DNA from: a bacterium
GTDB taxonomy: Bacteria > UBA8248 > JACPRG01 > G963555815
Length of the DNA: 64,000 bases
Assembly (NCBI GenBank): GCA_965261595.1
Contig: CBDHDG010000006.1
Coordinates: 224,001 to 288,000, forward strand
Direction: 5' to 3'
Shown here: in pieces, positions 43,084 to 53,195 of the stretch
Numbering within the stretch: the stretch's first letter is position 1
How the letters are laid out: the number at the start of each line of letters is the position of its first letter
The notes under the pieces: model-generated
Told to the model about the DNA's origin: nothing
Databases searched by the model: none
Seen by the model: only the letters and a program-made list of their open reading frames with translations
Translations under genes and position numbers: made by a program

Positions 43084-43159
43084 CCGTGGTAAGATAAGGT
43101 GCTTTGACGTTTCATGAGGGCAGCGGGATTGCTAGAAATGGTCATCTGGGAAATCCCAG
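43084..43159 (+). mobile_element. Orphan IS1380 right end
   Basis: Aligns with 12282-12358 and 35458-35533. Ends ATCTGGGAAATCCCAG. Confidence 0.7.
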
Positions 43160-43186
43160 TGAAATGGTTTCTTGGAGGGGAGGACA

Positions 43187-44173
43187 ATGAAAACTTTGGC
43201 AATTGCAACGGTCTGGGCCCTCGTCCTGGGATGGACGGCGGCGCAGACCTCGGCGGCGGATAAGGTGCTCTTCGTTCTGGACTGGGTCCAATATGGCTCT
43301 CACGTCGGCTATTACAACGCCCTGGAGGGGGGATTCTTCAAGAGGGCCGGGATGGACGTCACGATCCAGCGGGGCTACGGCTCGGGGGATACGATTAAGC
43401 GGATAGGGGCGAGGAGGGGCGACTTTGGATTTGCTGATGCCGGGACCCTGGTGGTCGCCCGCAGCAGGGGCACGAAGGTCAAGAGCATTGGCGTCCTGTA
43501 CAACCTGGCCCCTCACACGGCCTTCGCCCTGAAGAGTTCGGGGATCAGAACCGTAAAGGACCTCTCTGGAAGGCGTTATGGCGATGATGCGGGTGGGTCC
43601 ACCTTCATCCTCTTTCCCGCGTTGGCGGCGCTCCATGGCGTGAAAGATACGAAGTTCACGAACCTCGCTCCCGCCGCCAAGGATCCCGCCCTGCTCGCCA
43701 AAAAGGTGGATTTCACCTGTACGTATTTGGACCGCCTCCCCAGCTTGCAGGCCGCAGCGGCGACGATAAACGACGAGATCGTCGCGCTACAGTGGGCCGC
43801 CAACGGGCTGGATTTCCATGGAAACGGCATCATCGTCCACGACGACACTATCCGGGACAAGCCGGATCTGGTGGGCCGCTTCGTTAACGCGGTGTTCAAG
43901 GGAGTGGCCGAGGCCATCAGGAACCGCGATCTGGCCGTCCAGAGGTTCGTGAAAAACTTCCCGGTCGCGGATCCCAGCATGATTAACAAGCAGTGGGGGG
44001 TCCTCATTTCCCTGGCCTATAGCGACGAGACAAAGAAGATCGGTCTGGGCGGGCTGAGCGAGAAGAAGATGAATGGGACCATCGATCTGATCACCAAGTA
44101 CATGAAACTGCCGTCCAGGGCGCGTGTGACCGACATTTACGCGCCTCAATTCTTGAAAAAGATCCTTCCCTGA
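43187..44173 (+). CDS. ABC substrate-binding protein, NMT1/THI5-like (orphan)
   Basis: Signal peptide, LDW....HVGYY.A..GGFF...G.DV.IQRGYGS, KDLSG, GNGII, PDLVGRFV. Confidence 0.85.
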   Translation: MKTLAIATVWALVLGWTAAQTSAADKVLFVLDWVQYGSHVGYYNALEGGFFKRAGMDVTIQRGYGSGDTIKRIGARRGDFGFADAGTLVVARSRGTKVKSIGVLYNLAPHTAFALKSSGIRTVKDLSGRRYGDDAGGSTFILFPALAALHGVKDTKFTNLAPAAKDPALLAKKVDFTCTYLDRLPSLQAAAATINDEIVALQWAANGLDFHGNGIIVHDDTIRDKPDLVGRFVNAVFKGVAEAIRNRDLAVQRFVKNFPVADPSMINKQWGVLISLAYSDETKKIGLGGLSEKKMNGTIDLITKYMKLPSRARVTDIYAPQFLKKILP

Positions 44174-44281
44174 GGGGGGCGCGGTGGGGATCCAAAGGGG
44201 GCGTTCCGGAGACCGAAGTCGAGCGGATCGAAGTTCAGCTCGCGGGCGATGGAAGACATGCTCTTTTGAACTGGAATTCCC

Positions 44282-44469
44282 GGCTTTGTTGCAACGCGAA
44301 TTGCAGTGACGCGCTCATACACTTGCCAGTTGCGGACCCGATAAGATTTTTTTGTATACTTGTACTGGCTGCGTTTTGATAGTGGTGTAGCATGGTACCT
44401 TCGTCTCCGCCCAAGGGGGGCTGCGATCATATACATCGCAATCCTCCAACCCGAGCATGCACCAAAGCC
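44282..44469 (-). mobile_element. IS5/IS903-like internally deleted mini element
   Basis: Ends GGCTTTGTTGCA / TGCACCAAAGCC. Remnant KKSYRVRNWQVYE transposase N-terminus. Confidence 0.6.
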
Positions 44470-44606
44470 CTAGACAGGGCCTGAAGGCCGCAGGCGGGTC
44501 TTGCAGGGGTACGGGTGGCCAGTTCGTCGTTGAAAACCCGGCAGATTTCTCTGCCTGAATCGCTCTGCTCCTTATCGTCATATTGACGGTTAACTATATC
44601 GAACCA

Positions 44607-44758
44607 TTCTCATCAGCCGTGAAGATCTACTAACATATTGATATTGTTGAATAATAGACATTCTTCCTGCTCTTGTTTAGAACTTGCCTCGCGTAGACCG
44701 TAATCAAAATGAAAGCGGATTCGTTAAAACGCCCGCGCATCCAGGCGAGTCCCTGGCG
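44607..44758. repeat. Left arm of a ~150-bp inverted repeat (partner 48297-48448)
   Basis: Inner 67 bp differ from the partner at 3 positions (CGTAG.CCGTAATCAAAATGAAAGCGGATTCGTTAAAACGCCCGCGCAT.CAGGCGAGTCC.TGGCG). The outer part is degenerate but ungapped. Confidence 0.85.
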
Positions 44759-44999
44759 GTAAGCATTCAACCGTGGGGTGATGGCCGTGCCAAAGCCAGC
44801 GCCAGTTCGAAGTCCTGTCCTGTCCGAAAGGAGTCGGCCCGACCCAGTGCCCTCACCACTTCGGCAGCGGCAGGATAATCAAGTGGTCCCGGTGCATGAG
44901 CAGCATTCTCACTGACCGTGGGGGACTTTGGCCCGCGTCGTCAACCCTGACTCAGGAGATTCTGTGATTCGCTCTATCACCCCACGACTGAATGCTTAC
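44759..44999 (-). mobile_element. 241-bp IS66-like MITE carrying a DruA-like gene fragment
   Basis: IRs GTAAGCATTCAACCGTGGGGTGAT / ATCACCCCACGACTGAATGCTTAC. Minus strand MLLMHRDHLIILPLPKW resembles MLAMHKVGLIALPPPKW of 47389-48261. Confidence 0.75.
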
Positions 45000-45120
45000 C
45001 GACACGGAGTAACCGTTCGGACGGGCCGTGATGGGCACAGCGTTGGAAGCATCGTCTACATTGGATGGAATCTTCCCAAGACACTGATAACGCGATTCGG
45101 CATGTGGTATTCATGTCGGC

Positions 45121-47384
45121 ATGACGATTCGCGCAGAAGTTGCTCAAGCGGAACTTTCGTTGGTCGAGAGGCCAGATGTCCGATGGCCTCTTCCCCCCGA
45201 GACGTCCTCATGCAGGGCTCCGGACTGGCGTTCGCTGTTCAAGCGCGAGCGGGCGCGGGCGGAGGCGGCGGAGGCGCGCTGCGAGGAGTTGCGGTGGGCG
45301 GAGGTGGATTCCCGCGGCCGGGCGGGTTCGCTGAAGTGGCAGCTCGACACCTGCCGGAGGAAGCTGGAAGCGGCCGTCGAGGAGACGAAGGAAGTCCGCC
45401 GTGCGGCGAGAGACGCCCTATCGTTGAAGGCGGAAGTGGCGCGTCTGGAGAAGCTCCTGTCGGAAGCCAGGGTCAAGTCGGCCGGGGGCCGCTCGGGCGC
45501 GTCGCCGTCGGGGGAGGCCGCCCGGCTGCGCAAGGAGGCGGTCCGGCTGACCAGGGAAGTCGCCCGGCTGTAGGACCGGCTGGCCCGGGAGGCGCAGGCG
45601 TCGGACACCGACAAGGAGACCATCAGGTGGCAGGGCCGCGAGGTCATTGGGCTCCATACGGAGTTGAGGCGATTGCGCGACCAGGCGGAGGCGGTCAAGT
45701 CGTTGTCCGGGGAGGTCTACCGTCTGGGGTCGCCCTGGAAGTCGCCGGGGCCGCGAAGGAGCGGCTGAAGGCCCGGCTTTTGCGCGCGCGCGAGGCGGCG
45801 CGGTCGAGGTCGCCGTCGCGTGAGGACGCTGAACTGCGCAAGGCCCTGGGGAGGTCGCGCCGCCAGAAGACGGCGCTCAGGTCCCTATCCAGGGAGAACG
45901 CCCGGCTGCGCAAAGCCGTGAATGCATCGCAGAGCCAGAACGAGACGCTGGAAGCGCAGCTTGCGAAGCTTCGTGCGAGCGGGGCGGTGCTGTCGAAGGC
46001 GCTGTTCGGGCGCAGGAGCGAACAGCAGGAGAGGCCGCGCTCTGAGCGCCGGCGCGGCCGGCAGCCCGGAGCCGCCGGGCATGGCCGCACCCTGCGGCCC
46101 GCGCTCGAGGAGAGGACGGAAGAGCGCAATCCGCCGGCCGAGGCATGCGTCTGTGGCCGATGCGGGAAGCCCTACGTGGCCAACGGCGCCGAGGTCTCCA
46201 CCATCGTCGAGATCGAAGTCTCGGCTCACAAACGCGTCATCCGCCGTCCGCGATGGCGCCGGAGGTGCGACTGCGCGTCCTCACCCACCGAAGTGTCGGC
46301 GCCCCCGGCACCGCGCCTGTTCGCAGGCACGCCCTGCGGGACCAGCGTGTGGGCGCGGTTCCTGTTCGAGCGCTATGCCTGCTTCCGTCCCCTGCGCCGG
46401 GTCGCCTCGTGGCTGTCCGGCCAGGGGCTTCCTATCTCGCCGGGGACGCTGGGCGACAGCGCGCGCCGCTTCGCGCCGCTGTTCGAGCCGGTGACTGCCG
46501 CGATCCTCGCCCGCCAGAACGAGGCGGCGGTGCGCCATGGTGATGAGACTACCTGGCGCGTGCAGTCGCTTCGCGAGGAGAGCCGCTCGAGCCGGGCTTG
46601 GCTGTGGACCTCGGTCAGCGAGGACGCGGTCTACTTCCACGTTGACCCCTCGCGTGGCGCGGAGGTCGCGAGGAAGCTGTTCGGAACGGCCGGCCTCCAT
46701 ACGGTCATCGTCTGCGACCGCTACAGCGCCTACAAGAAGATGGCGCGCATTCCCGGGGGCCTGGTGACCCTCGCTTGGTGCTGGAGTCGTATGCGGAGAG
46801 ATTTTATCCACTGCGCGGCCGGCGAGGTGCGGCTGACGCGGTGGTGCCGGAGATGGATCGAGCGGATCGCACTGATCTATCGCCTGAACGAGGCTCGCCT
46901 GGCCCATTACGACCCCGGCCGCGACCGGCAGAGCGCGGCGTTCGACGCGGCGCAGGCCGCGCTGAAGAAAGCGCTCGACGGCCTGTTCGCGGAAGCCGGA
47001 CGGGAGTTGGCCTCCTTGCCGGAGCACGCGCGCGAGGGCAAGGCGCTACGCTCGCTGCTGAACCATCGCGAGGGCTTGAGCGTCTTCGTCGACCGCCCGC
47101 AGACGCCGATGGACAACAACGCCGCCGAGCGCGCGCTGAGGGGACCGGTGATCGGGAGACGGCTCTCGTTCGGCTCCGACCGCGAGACCGGCGCCCGGTT
47201 CACGGCGATGATGTACTCGGTCCTCGGTACCCTCGCGCCGGGCGGCATCGACCCTCTCCGCTGGCTGGCGGCATGGCTGGCGGCATGTGCGGAGAGAGGC
47301 GGCCGGGCGCCTGAGGACCTCTCGCCGTGGCTGCCCTGGTCGATGAGCGCGGAGCGCAGGCGCGCCCTCATGGCGCCGGGATGA
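45121..47384 (+). pseudogene. IS66 TnpC transposase with long coiled-coil N-terminus (TAG at 45571, frameshift near 45730)
   Basis: LFGRRSE, CGRCG zinc knuckle, HGDETTW, CDRYSAY, DNNAAERALR. Confidence 0.85.
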
Positions 47385-47388
47385 CGTC

Positions 47389-48261
47389 ATGATCGAGTGC
47401 CGCTATTACGGACGCGACTTCACCACCGAAGATATGACGCTCCTGCGCGCGCTGATCGCCGGTCCTCCGGCGCTGAACCGCCATGCGCTCTCGAAGGAGT
47501 TCTGCCGGCGCATCGGCTGGCGCAAGCCCGACGGCGGGCTCAAGGACATGATGGCCAGGGTGACCATGCTGGCCATGCACAAAGTCGGCCTGATCGCCCT
47601 GCCGCCGCCGAAGTGGCGGCAGAACCGGCCCGGGCTGATCGTCTTCGGTCCGGAGACCGAACCACCGCCGGTCCCGGCGCCGGCCACCCTGGAGGAGGTC
47701 CGCCCGCTCGACATGCGGATCGTCGTGCGCGGCACCGCCGGGGGCAAGCGGTGGAACGAGTTCGTCGCCCGTTACCACTATCTCGGCTACAGGACCCTCG
47801 TCGGCGCCCAGATGCGCTACGCCGTCCACGACCGCAACGGTTGCCCCATCGCCATGCTCGGCTTCTCCACCGCCGCGTGGAAGCTGGCCTCTCGAGACCG
47901 CTTCATCGGTTGGACGCCCGGGCTGCGCGAGAAGAACCGCCCCCTCGTGGTCGACAACCCGAGGTTCCTCATCCTGCCCTGGATCAAAATCCCCAACCTC
48001 GGTTCGCACATCCTCGCCATCGTCCGCCGTCGCCTGCCCCAGGACTGGGCCGAGCGCTACAACACCACCCCCGTGCTCATCGAAACCTTCGTCGAGACCC
48101 CCCGCTACACCGGCGCCGTCTACAGGGCATCGGGATGGACCCACGTCGGAACCACCCAGGGACGCGGACGCTACGACAGGTACACGAGACGCGCCCAACC
48201 GAAAAAGGATATCTGGCTCCGTCCCCTCAGAAAAAATTGGAAACGAACCCTCAACAGCTAA
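47389..48261 (+). CDS. DUF4338 / DruA-like protein
   Basis: RYYGRDF, CRRIGW..PDG.LK.M, WNE...RYHYLGY..LVGAQMRY, RDRFIGW, NPRFLILPW, PVLIETFV, GAVYRASGW..VG.TQGRG. Confidence 0.85.
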   Translation: MIECRYYGRDFTTEDMTLLRALIAGPPALNRHALSKEFCRRIGWRKPDGGLKDMMARVTMLAMHKVGLIALPPPKWRQNRPGLIVFGPETEPPPVPAPATLEEVRPLDMRIVVRGTAGGKRWNEFVARYHYLGYRTLVGAQMRYAVHDRNGCPIAMLGFSTAAWKLASRDRFIGWTPGLREKNRPLVVDNPRFLILPWIKIPNLGSHILAIVRRRLPQDWAERYNTTPVLIETFVETPRYTGAVYRASGWTHVGTTQGRGRYDRYTRRAQPKKDIWLRPLRKNWKRTLNS

Positions 48262-48296
48262 ATTAACCCCCCATCACGGCCCGTCCGAACGGTTAC

Positions 48297-48448
48297 CGCC
48301 AAGGACTCGCCTGTATGCGCGGGCGTTTTAACGAATCCGCTTTCATTTTGATTACGGACTACGAAATGTGAGTTCTGGACAAGAACAGGAATATTGTGGA
48401 TTATCCAATAATATCAATAGGATATTAGAGTTGCACGGCTGGAAAGAA
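48297..48448. repeat. Right arm of the ~150-bp inverted repeat
   Basis: Reverse complement aligns to 44607-44758. Confidence 0.85.
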
Positions 48449-48461
48449 CGCCTACAAGCAA

Positions 48462-50423
48462 CTATCCGGCCAGAAAACCCGGATTCCGGCGAATCGCCTC
48501 CCGGTATTGTTGAATCGCGGCATCATAGCGCTTGCCTTTGCGGTAGAGGTTGGCAAGTTGGAAATAGGCCGAGAACGCATTTTGATTCAGCTCGATGGCC
48601 TTGCGAAAATGCCGTTCAGCCTTCGCGTTCATTCCCCGGGAGGCTTCCAGCTCGCCCAAGACCACGTAGACCCTCGGATCGGACGAATTCCGCTCCATGA
48701 AACCCGAGACCTTGGATATGGCCGCTGAAACTTTTTTTTCGGACAACAAAAGGGAAACATACTCGGTGAGAACATCGAAGGAATTCGGATCCAGGGAGGA
48801 CGCTTTTTCCAGGTGCTCCCCGGCCTTTTTCCGCCGATTCGCCCTACGCGCGATCCTTCCCATATCGAGAAACACCAGGGGATTCCCGGGGTCTTCCTTC
48901 ATGAGGGTTTGGTACAAATCCCGCGCCCGATTCTCACTCCCCACCGACTGAAGAAGCGCCGCCAGGCGCAGCTTGACCGGTGTATTCTCGGGCTCCAGCT
49001 CCATGATCGTCATGAACTGTTGAATGGCCTCCCGCTGGAGGTTTTGCCGCATGTAGACTTCCGCCAGTCTCACCCGAGCCGGGACGAACATGGGTTGGTG
49101 TTCCACGCTCTTCTTCAGAGACCGCACGGCCAAGTCCAATCGCCCCAGCCGCAAGTGGGCCAATCCGACGTAAAACCGCGCCCTGGGATAACGGGGCCGC
49201 ACGTTCAGCACCCGCTGAAGGTCAACGAGCGCATTCCGGCTCTTTCCCTGATCCAGCCGGATTCGAGCCCGCAGGAAGTTCACATCGGGATTGTCGGGAT
49301 CGGCCGCGATCAGGTTGCGGACGATCTTGCCGGCTTCCTCGCGCTTGCCTTGAACGTAGAGGATTCGGGCAATCCGCTCTTGGGAAGGGACAAAGCCCGG
49401 CCTGGCTTCGAGGCTCAAACGGAAGGCCTTGAGGGCCTCATCGCGCTTGCCCTCCATCAAACGGAGCTCACCCAGCGACCACAAGACCAGAAAGTTTTTG
49501 GGGTCCAGTTTCCTTGCTTTGTTGTACGCGGCGTCCGCTTTTTTGAACGCCTTGACGGACCGGTGGTAATGCCCCAGCCCCAGATGGACGACGGCCGAGT
49601 CCGGGTCCAGCGCCAGGGCTTTCCGGTAGGCCTCCTCCGCCTGATCCCGGAGGCGGCGGCTCGCGTAGAGATTGCCCAGGACGATATAACCGGCGGCCGT
49701 TTCGCTTCCAAGCTGAATCACCCGAACGGCCTAGGCCAGGGCCCGATCCAGCTTGCCGCCATGCAGATACAGGTCACGCAGGACAACGTGAACGCCCGGG
49801 TTGTCGGGCCTGAGTTTTTCAAGCATGAGCGCGTACCGTTCGGCCTTCTCTAAATGACCGAAGTTCAGCAGGGCGGCGACCAATTCGGTGAGCGCATCGG
49901 CATTGGCGGGGTCGAGCCGGACGGATTCCTCGTAGGCACCCACCGCGTCCCTGAAGTACCGTATCCACATCAAGCTGCGGGCCAGGAGAAGATAAGCTTC
50001 CGCGTTGTCCTTCTTGATCCGGACCGCCTGCCGAAGGTCGAGAGACGCCTGATAAAATTTTTCTTGCCTCAGGGCCGCCCGTCCACCCTCTACCAGACGC
50101 CTGAACCTGGCCGATTCGGACTCCAGGGCGCCCATGAAGTACAGGGAAACCAGAGCCACGACGCCTATTCCGCACACCATCCACAGGACCGATTTCAACT
50201 GGTTGACAACCCGCGCCGGACGATTCGACTGGGCCTGCTTTTGCTGGACGGCATCCATGGCCATCATCCCGCCGCGGGCGGTGATCTTTTTTTTGTGGGC
50301 GGTGATGGCCTTTTTTTCTTTCCACGTCAGGCGGGGAGGACGCGGCGGTGTTTTGGCGGGAGCGCCGGGGCGAGGGACTTTTGCCGCGGGCCGAACGGAC
50401 GGTCTTTTGGGGGGACGGCTCAA
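48462..50423 (-). pseudogene. Long TPR protein (PrsT-like), in-frame TAG at 49731-49733 and 3'-truncated
   Basis: Two same-frame ORFs of continuous TPR units after a TM segment. Lies downstream of a PEP-CTERM gene. Start uncertain. Confidence 0.7.
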
Positions 50424-50778
50424 GGCCTACACCTTCCGTCTGGATTCAGCGCCTGTCGGCCCGCGCGGGGGGGGGGCTCACTGAAAATTCCTGTCTTCCA
50501 TCAAAAACGAAAACCCCGGCCCTTGGAAATGGTTTTTTCATATAGAAACGGTTGTCATTCCGGGGAAGGGGCGAGACAGATTACATCCCAAGGGATTCCC
50601 GCACGGCGGAATCATACCGGCGTTGAGAGAAAATACACCCGGGTCGGGTCACACAGGGGAGGCGCCATGCTCGAAAAGGGTCCGGGAGAATTCAATCCGG
50701 CGACCACATTTTGAGGAGAAGGGAAGACGTCTCTTGAATCGGTCCACCCTGATCCGGCCGCCCCCCCACCTTCCCCCG

Positions 50779-51718
50779 TCAGACCGGCCGTCCCGGAGAC
50801 TCGCGAAGGGCTCTTTTCCGTTTGCGCCGCCAGGCGGCGAATCCCACCAGTCCGAGACCGCCGGCCAGGAGGGCGAAGGTCGCGGGCTCGGGGTTGGGGA
50901 TGACCCCCACGCCGAACGTGATGCCGCCGGTTTCGCGGTTGTCGTACTTGCCGCCAAGTCCGATCAGGTCCGCGGTGGAGGCGATGCCCGCGAGAACCTC
51001 GGCGCTCTTCTTCCCCAGCCAGCCCCTCCCCCCCCCCCCCCCCCCCTCTCGTATCGGATTTCTCCAAGCGGCTATAATTCCGGAACAGGGTCGCCAGGTT
51101 GGTCAAGGGGTCGTAAGAGAAAATGGCCGCGGAAGAAAGCAAGTCCGCCTTCTTCCCGGAAGCGTCGAAGATGTTGAAGGAGTCGTGCAGCGCGATCCCG
51201 ATCGCGTCTGGAGTCCGGCCGCGACTCCCGCTCTCCGATTTCGCATCGAATGTGCTCGCAACCATTCCCCCCAGATCAAATGAGTGGCCCGCCGCAAAGT
51301 TGAAACTTCCGATGAGACCCACATCCTGGAATTTCTCCCAGGGGGAGGCGTCCGCCGTCGATGAAATCTTCGGCTTCATGCTGAACAAGATGAAGTTCAT
51401 GATGCCGGCGGCGGCTTCCGGATTGACGCTCTCCGGACGGGAGGCCGGCGAGCTTTCGTCGCTGTAGATGCCGGCGGCCAGCGTGACGGCCGGCGTGAAA
51501 TTCCTGAAGGTCACCGCCTCCCGGCCGTTGCTTCCATCGTCGCCCTGAACCACGACGGCCATGCCGCCCAGATAACGCGAGCCGGTGACGGCGTCGTTCA
51601 ATGACAAAGCGCGCGGGGGGGAGACCACCGCCAGGACGGCGAGCATGATCGTCCCGATGAACCAGGAGCGCCTGATGATTTCTTGAATGAATGTACGGTT
51701 CGACTTTCGGGTCCGCAT
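50779..51718 (-). CDS. PEP-CTERM sorting-domain surface protein; frameshift in a G19 tract
   Basis: Signal peptide. The alternate frame after 51028 reads ...VIPNPEPATFALLAGGLGLVGFAAWRRKRKR...* (TGA 50779-50781). Confidence 0.8.
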
Positions 51719-51768
51719 GATAGACTTCGTCTCCGCCCCACGTGGACTAGCTGAAATATAAGCTCGAT

Positions 51769-51814
51769 GGGCTTGATTACAATCCCAAAAAGGGCTTGAT
51801 TACAATCCCAAAAA
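51769..51814. repeat. 23-bp perfect tandem duplication in a divergent promoter region
   Basis: GGGCTTGATTACAATCCCAAAAA x2. Confidence 0.9.
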
Positions 51815-51999
51815 TCAATTTCCGGACCCTTCCGGCCGGGGGAGCCGCGGGACGCGAAACCTTGACACCCCCGAAGGGCAAACGATATATTTTCAGCCTG
51901 CTGATGAGGTTGATCGGCGGAATCGGGCAGGAGACAAGACTGCCCTTTCCTTCCCTTGTAAAATTCCGCGCCGGAAAAACGAGGAGACCCACCGTGCTT

Positions 52000-53187
52000 A
52001 TGGACCTGTCGCGCGTTCAATCGATCCTCCGGGAGCGAAAGCTGGACGCGCTCATCGCATCCTCGCCCGAGAACATCTTCTACACAAGCGGCCTGGACAG
52101 CCTGCCGACCTCCCACAACACCATCCTCTTCATGCTGCGGCGGATCGGTCCGGCCTTCGTCCTGGTAACGCGCGAAGGCGAGCCGCGGCTCCTGATCAGC
52201 TACGGGACGTCCATGTACCTGGAAAAGCTGCAGACAGAGGAGCGGGTCGGCTTCACCCCGACCGGCATGCACCTCGAGTTGCCCGAGGACGAGACCGTCC
52301 CCGAGATGTACGAGACCGGAGCCATGAAGGGCCTTCTGAAAGCGATTCGGGAAAGCGGCCTGGCCAACGGCGTCATCGGCCTTGAAATGGACGACCTCCC
52401 GGCCCAGCACGCCGACGCCCTGCGGAGCGAGCTCCCCGGCGCCGCCTTCGAGGACGCCCGGGAGGCCCTCATCGACATAAAGATGGTCAAGACCCCGGCC
52501 GAGATCGAGCGGGTGCGCGAGGCCAACCTCAGAACGTGCGGGGCCATCAAGGACATGTGCCGGGCCATCGACGACGGCGTGCCGGAGTCGGCCGTCCTGC
52601 GGGCGCTGAAAGAGGGCTTCCTGAAGCGCGACTGTCTGTGGTGGCACACCACAATGGGCATCGGGATCAACGGAGCGGACCCCTATCACGTGGCCGGCAT
52701 GGACGACTACGTGGGCAAGACGGGCGACCCCGTCCGCTGGGACATCGGCGGGGTCTACAACCACTACACCTCCGACCTCGCCCGGACGATGTGCGTCCGC
52801 GAGACCTCGGACAAGGTCCACAAGCTCAACGAAATCCTGAAGGAATCCACCCTGCGGATGATCGCGGCCATCAAACCCGGCGTCCCCATGGAGGACATTT
52901 TCCCCATCGGCGTCGAGTACGTGAAGGAAAACGGCTATCCCCACTACAAGCGGGGGATGATGGGGCACAGCGTGGGCATCGAGGTGGAGGAATACCCCTT
53001 CATCGAGCCGGGGGAGAAGCGGCCCTTCGAGCCGGGCATGGTCTTCGCCGTCGAGTCCCCCTTCTACTGGAAGAATCTTTCCGGATTCAACATGGAGCAG
53101 AACATCCTCGTCACGGAAACGGGGTGCGAGGTCCTGAGCGAATCCCTGCCCTTCGAGTTGATCGTCTGCCCCTATCAGGGAGATTGA
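52000..53187 (+). CDS. Xaa-Pro peptidase (M24) family protein with creatinase-like N-domain
   Basis: LDALI.SSPENIFY.SG, VKTPAEIE, metal ligands WDIGG, SDLART, GHSVG, AVESP, MEQN. Confidence 0.85.
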   Translation: MDLSRVQSILRERKLDALIASSPENIFYTSGLDSLPTSHNTILFMLRRIGPAFVLVTREGEPRLLISYGTSMYLEKLQTEERVGFTPTGMHLELPEDETVPEMYETGAMKGLLKAIRESGLANGVIGLEMDDLPAQHADALRSELPGAAFEDAREALIDIKMVKTPAEIERVREANLRTCGAIKDMCRAIDDGVPESAVLRALKEGFLKRDCLWWHTTMGIGINGADPYHVAGMDDYVGKTGDPVRWDIGGVYNHYTSDLARTMCVRETSDKVHKLNEILKESTLRMIAAIKPGVPMEDIFPIGVEYVKENGYPHYKRGMMGHSVGIEVEEYPFIEPGEKRPFEPGMVFAVESPFYWKNLSGFNMEQNILVTETGCEVLSESLPFELIVCPYQGD

Positions 53188-53195
53188 GGGAGAAC

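Larger units (their letters stand above)
45009..48296 (+). mobile_element. IS66-family element (no tnpA/tnpB) with DruA-like second gene
   Basis: Perfect 27-bp IRs GTAACCGTTCGGACGGGCCGTGATGGG / CCCATCACGGCCCGTCCGAACGGTTAC enclose both ORFs. Confidence 0.88.

Noticed and set aside
44690..44760. Group II intron end or known ncRNA
   Set aside because: No domain V/VI signature recognised; reported only as an inverted repeat.
47389..48261. Complete Druantia defence system
   Set aside because: Only a DruA-like gene is present; there is no DruE helicase or other dru gene.
48454..48469. Another surrogate IS1380 end at the TPR gene truncation (…ACTATCCGG)
   Set aside because: Only 8/16 match and no partner duplication found.
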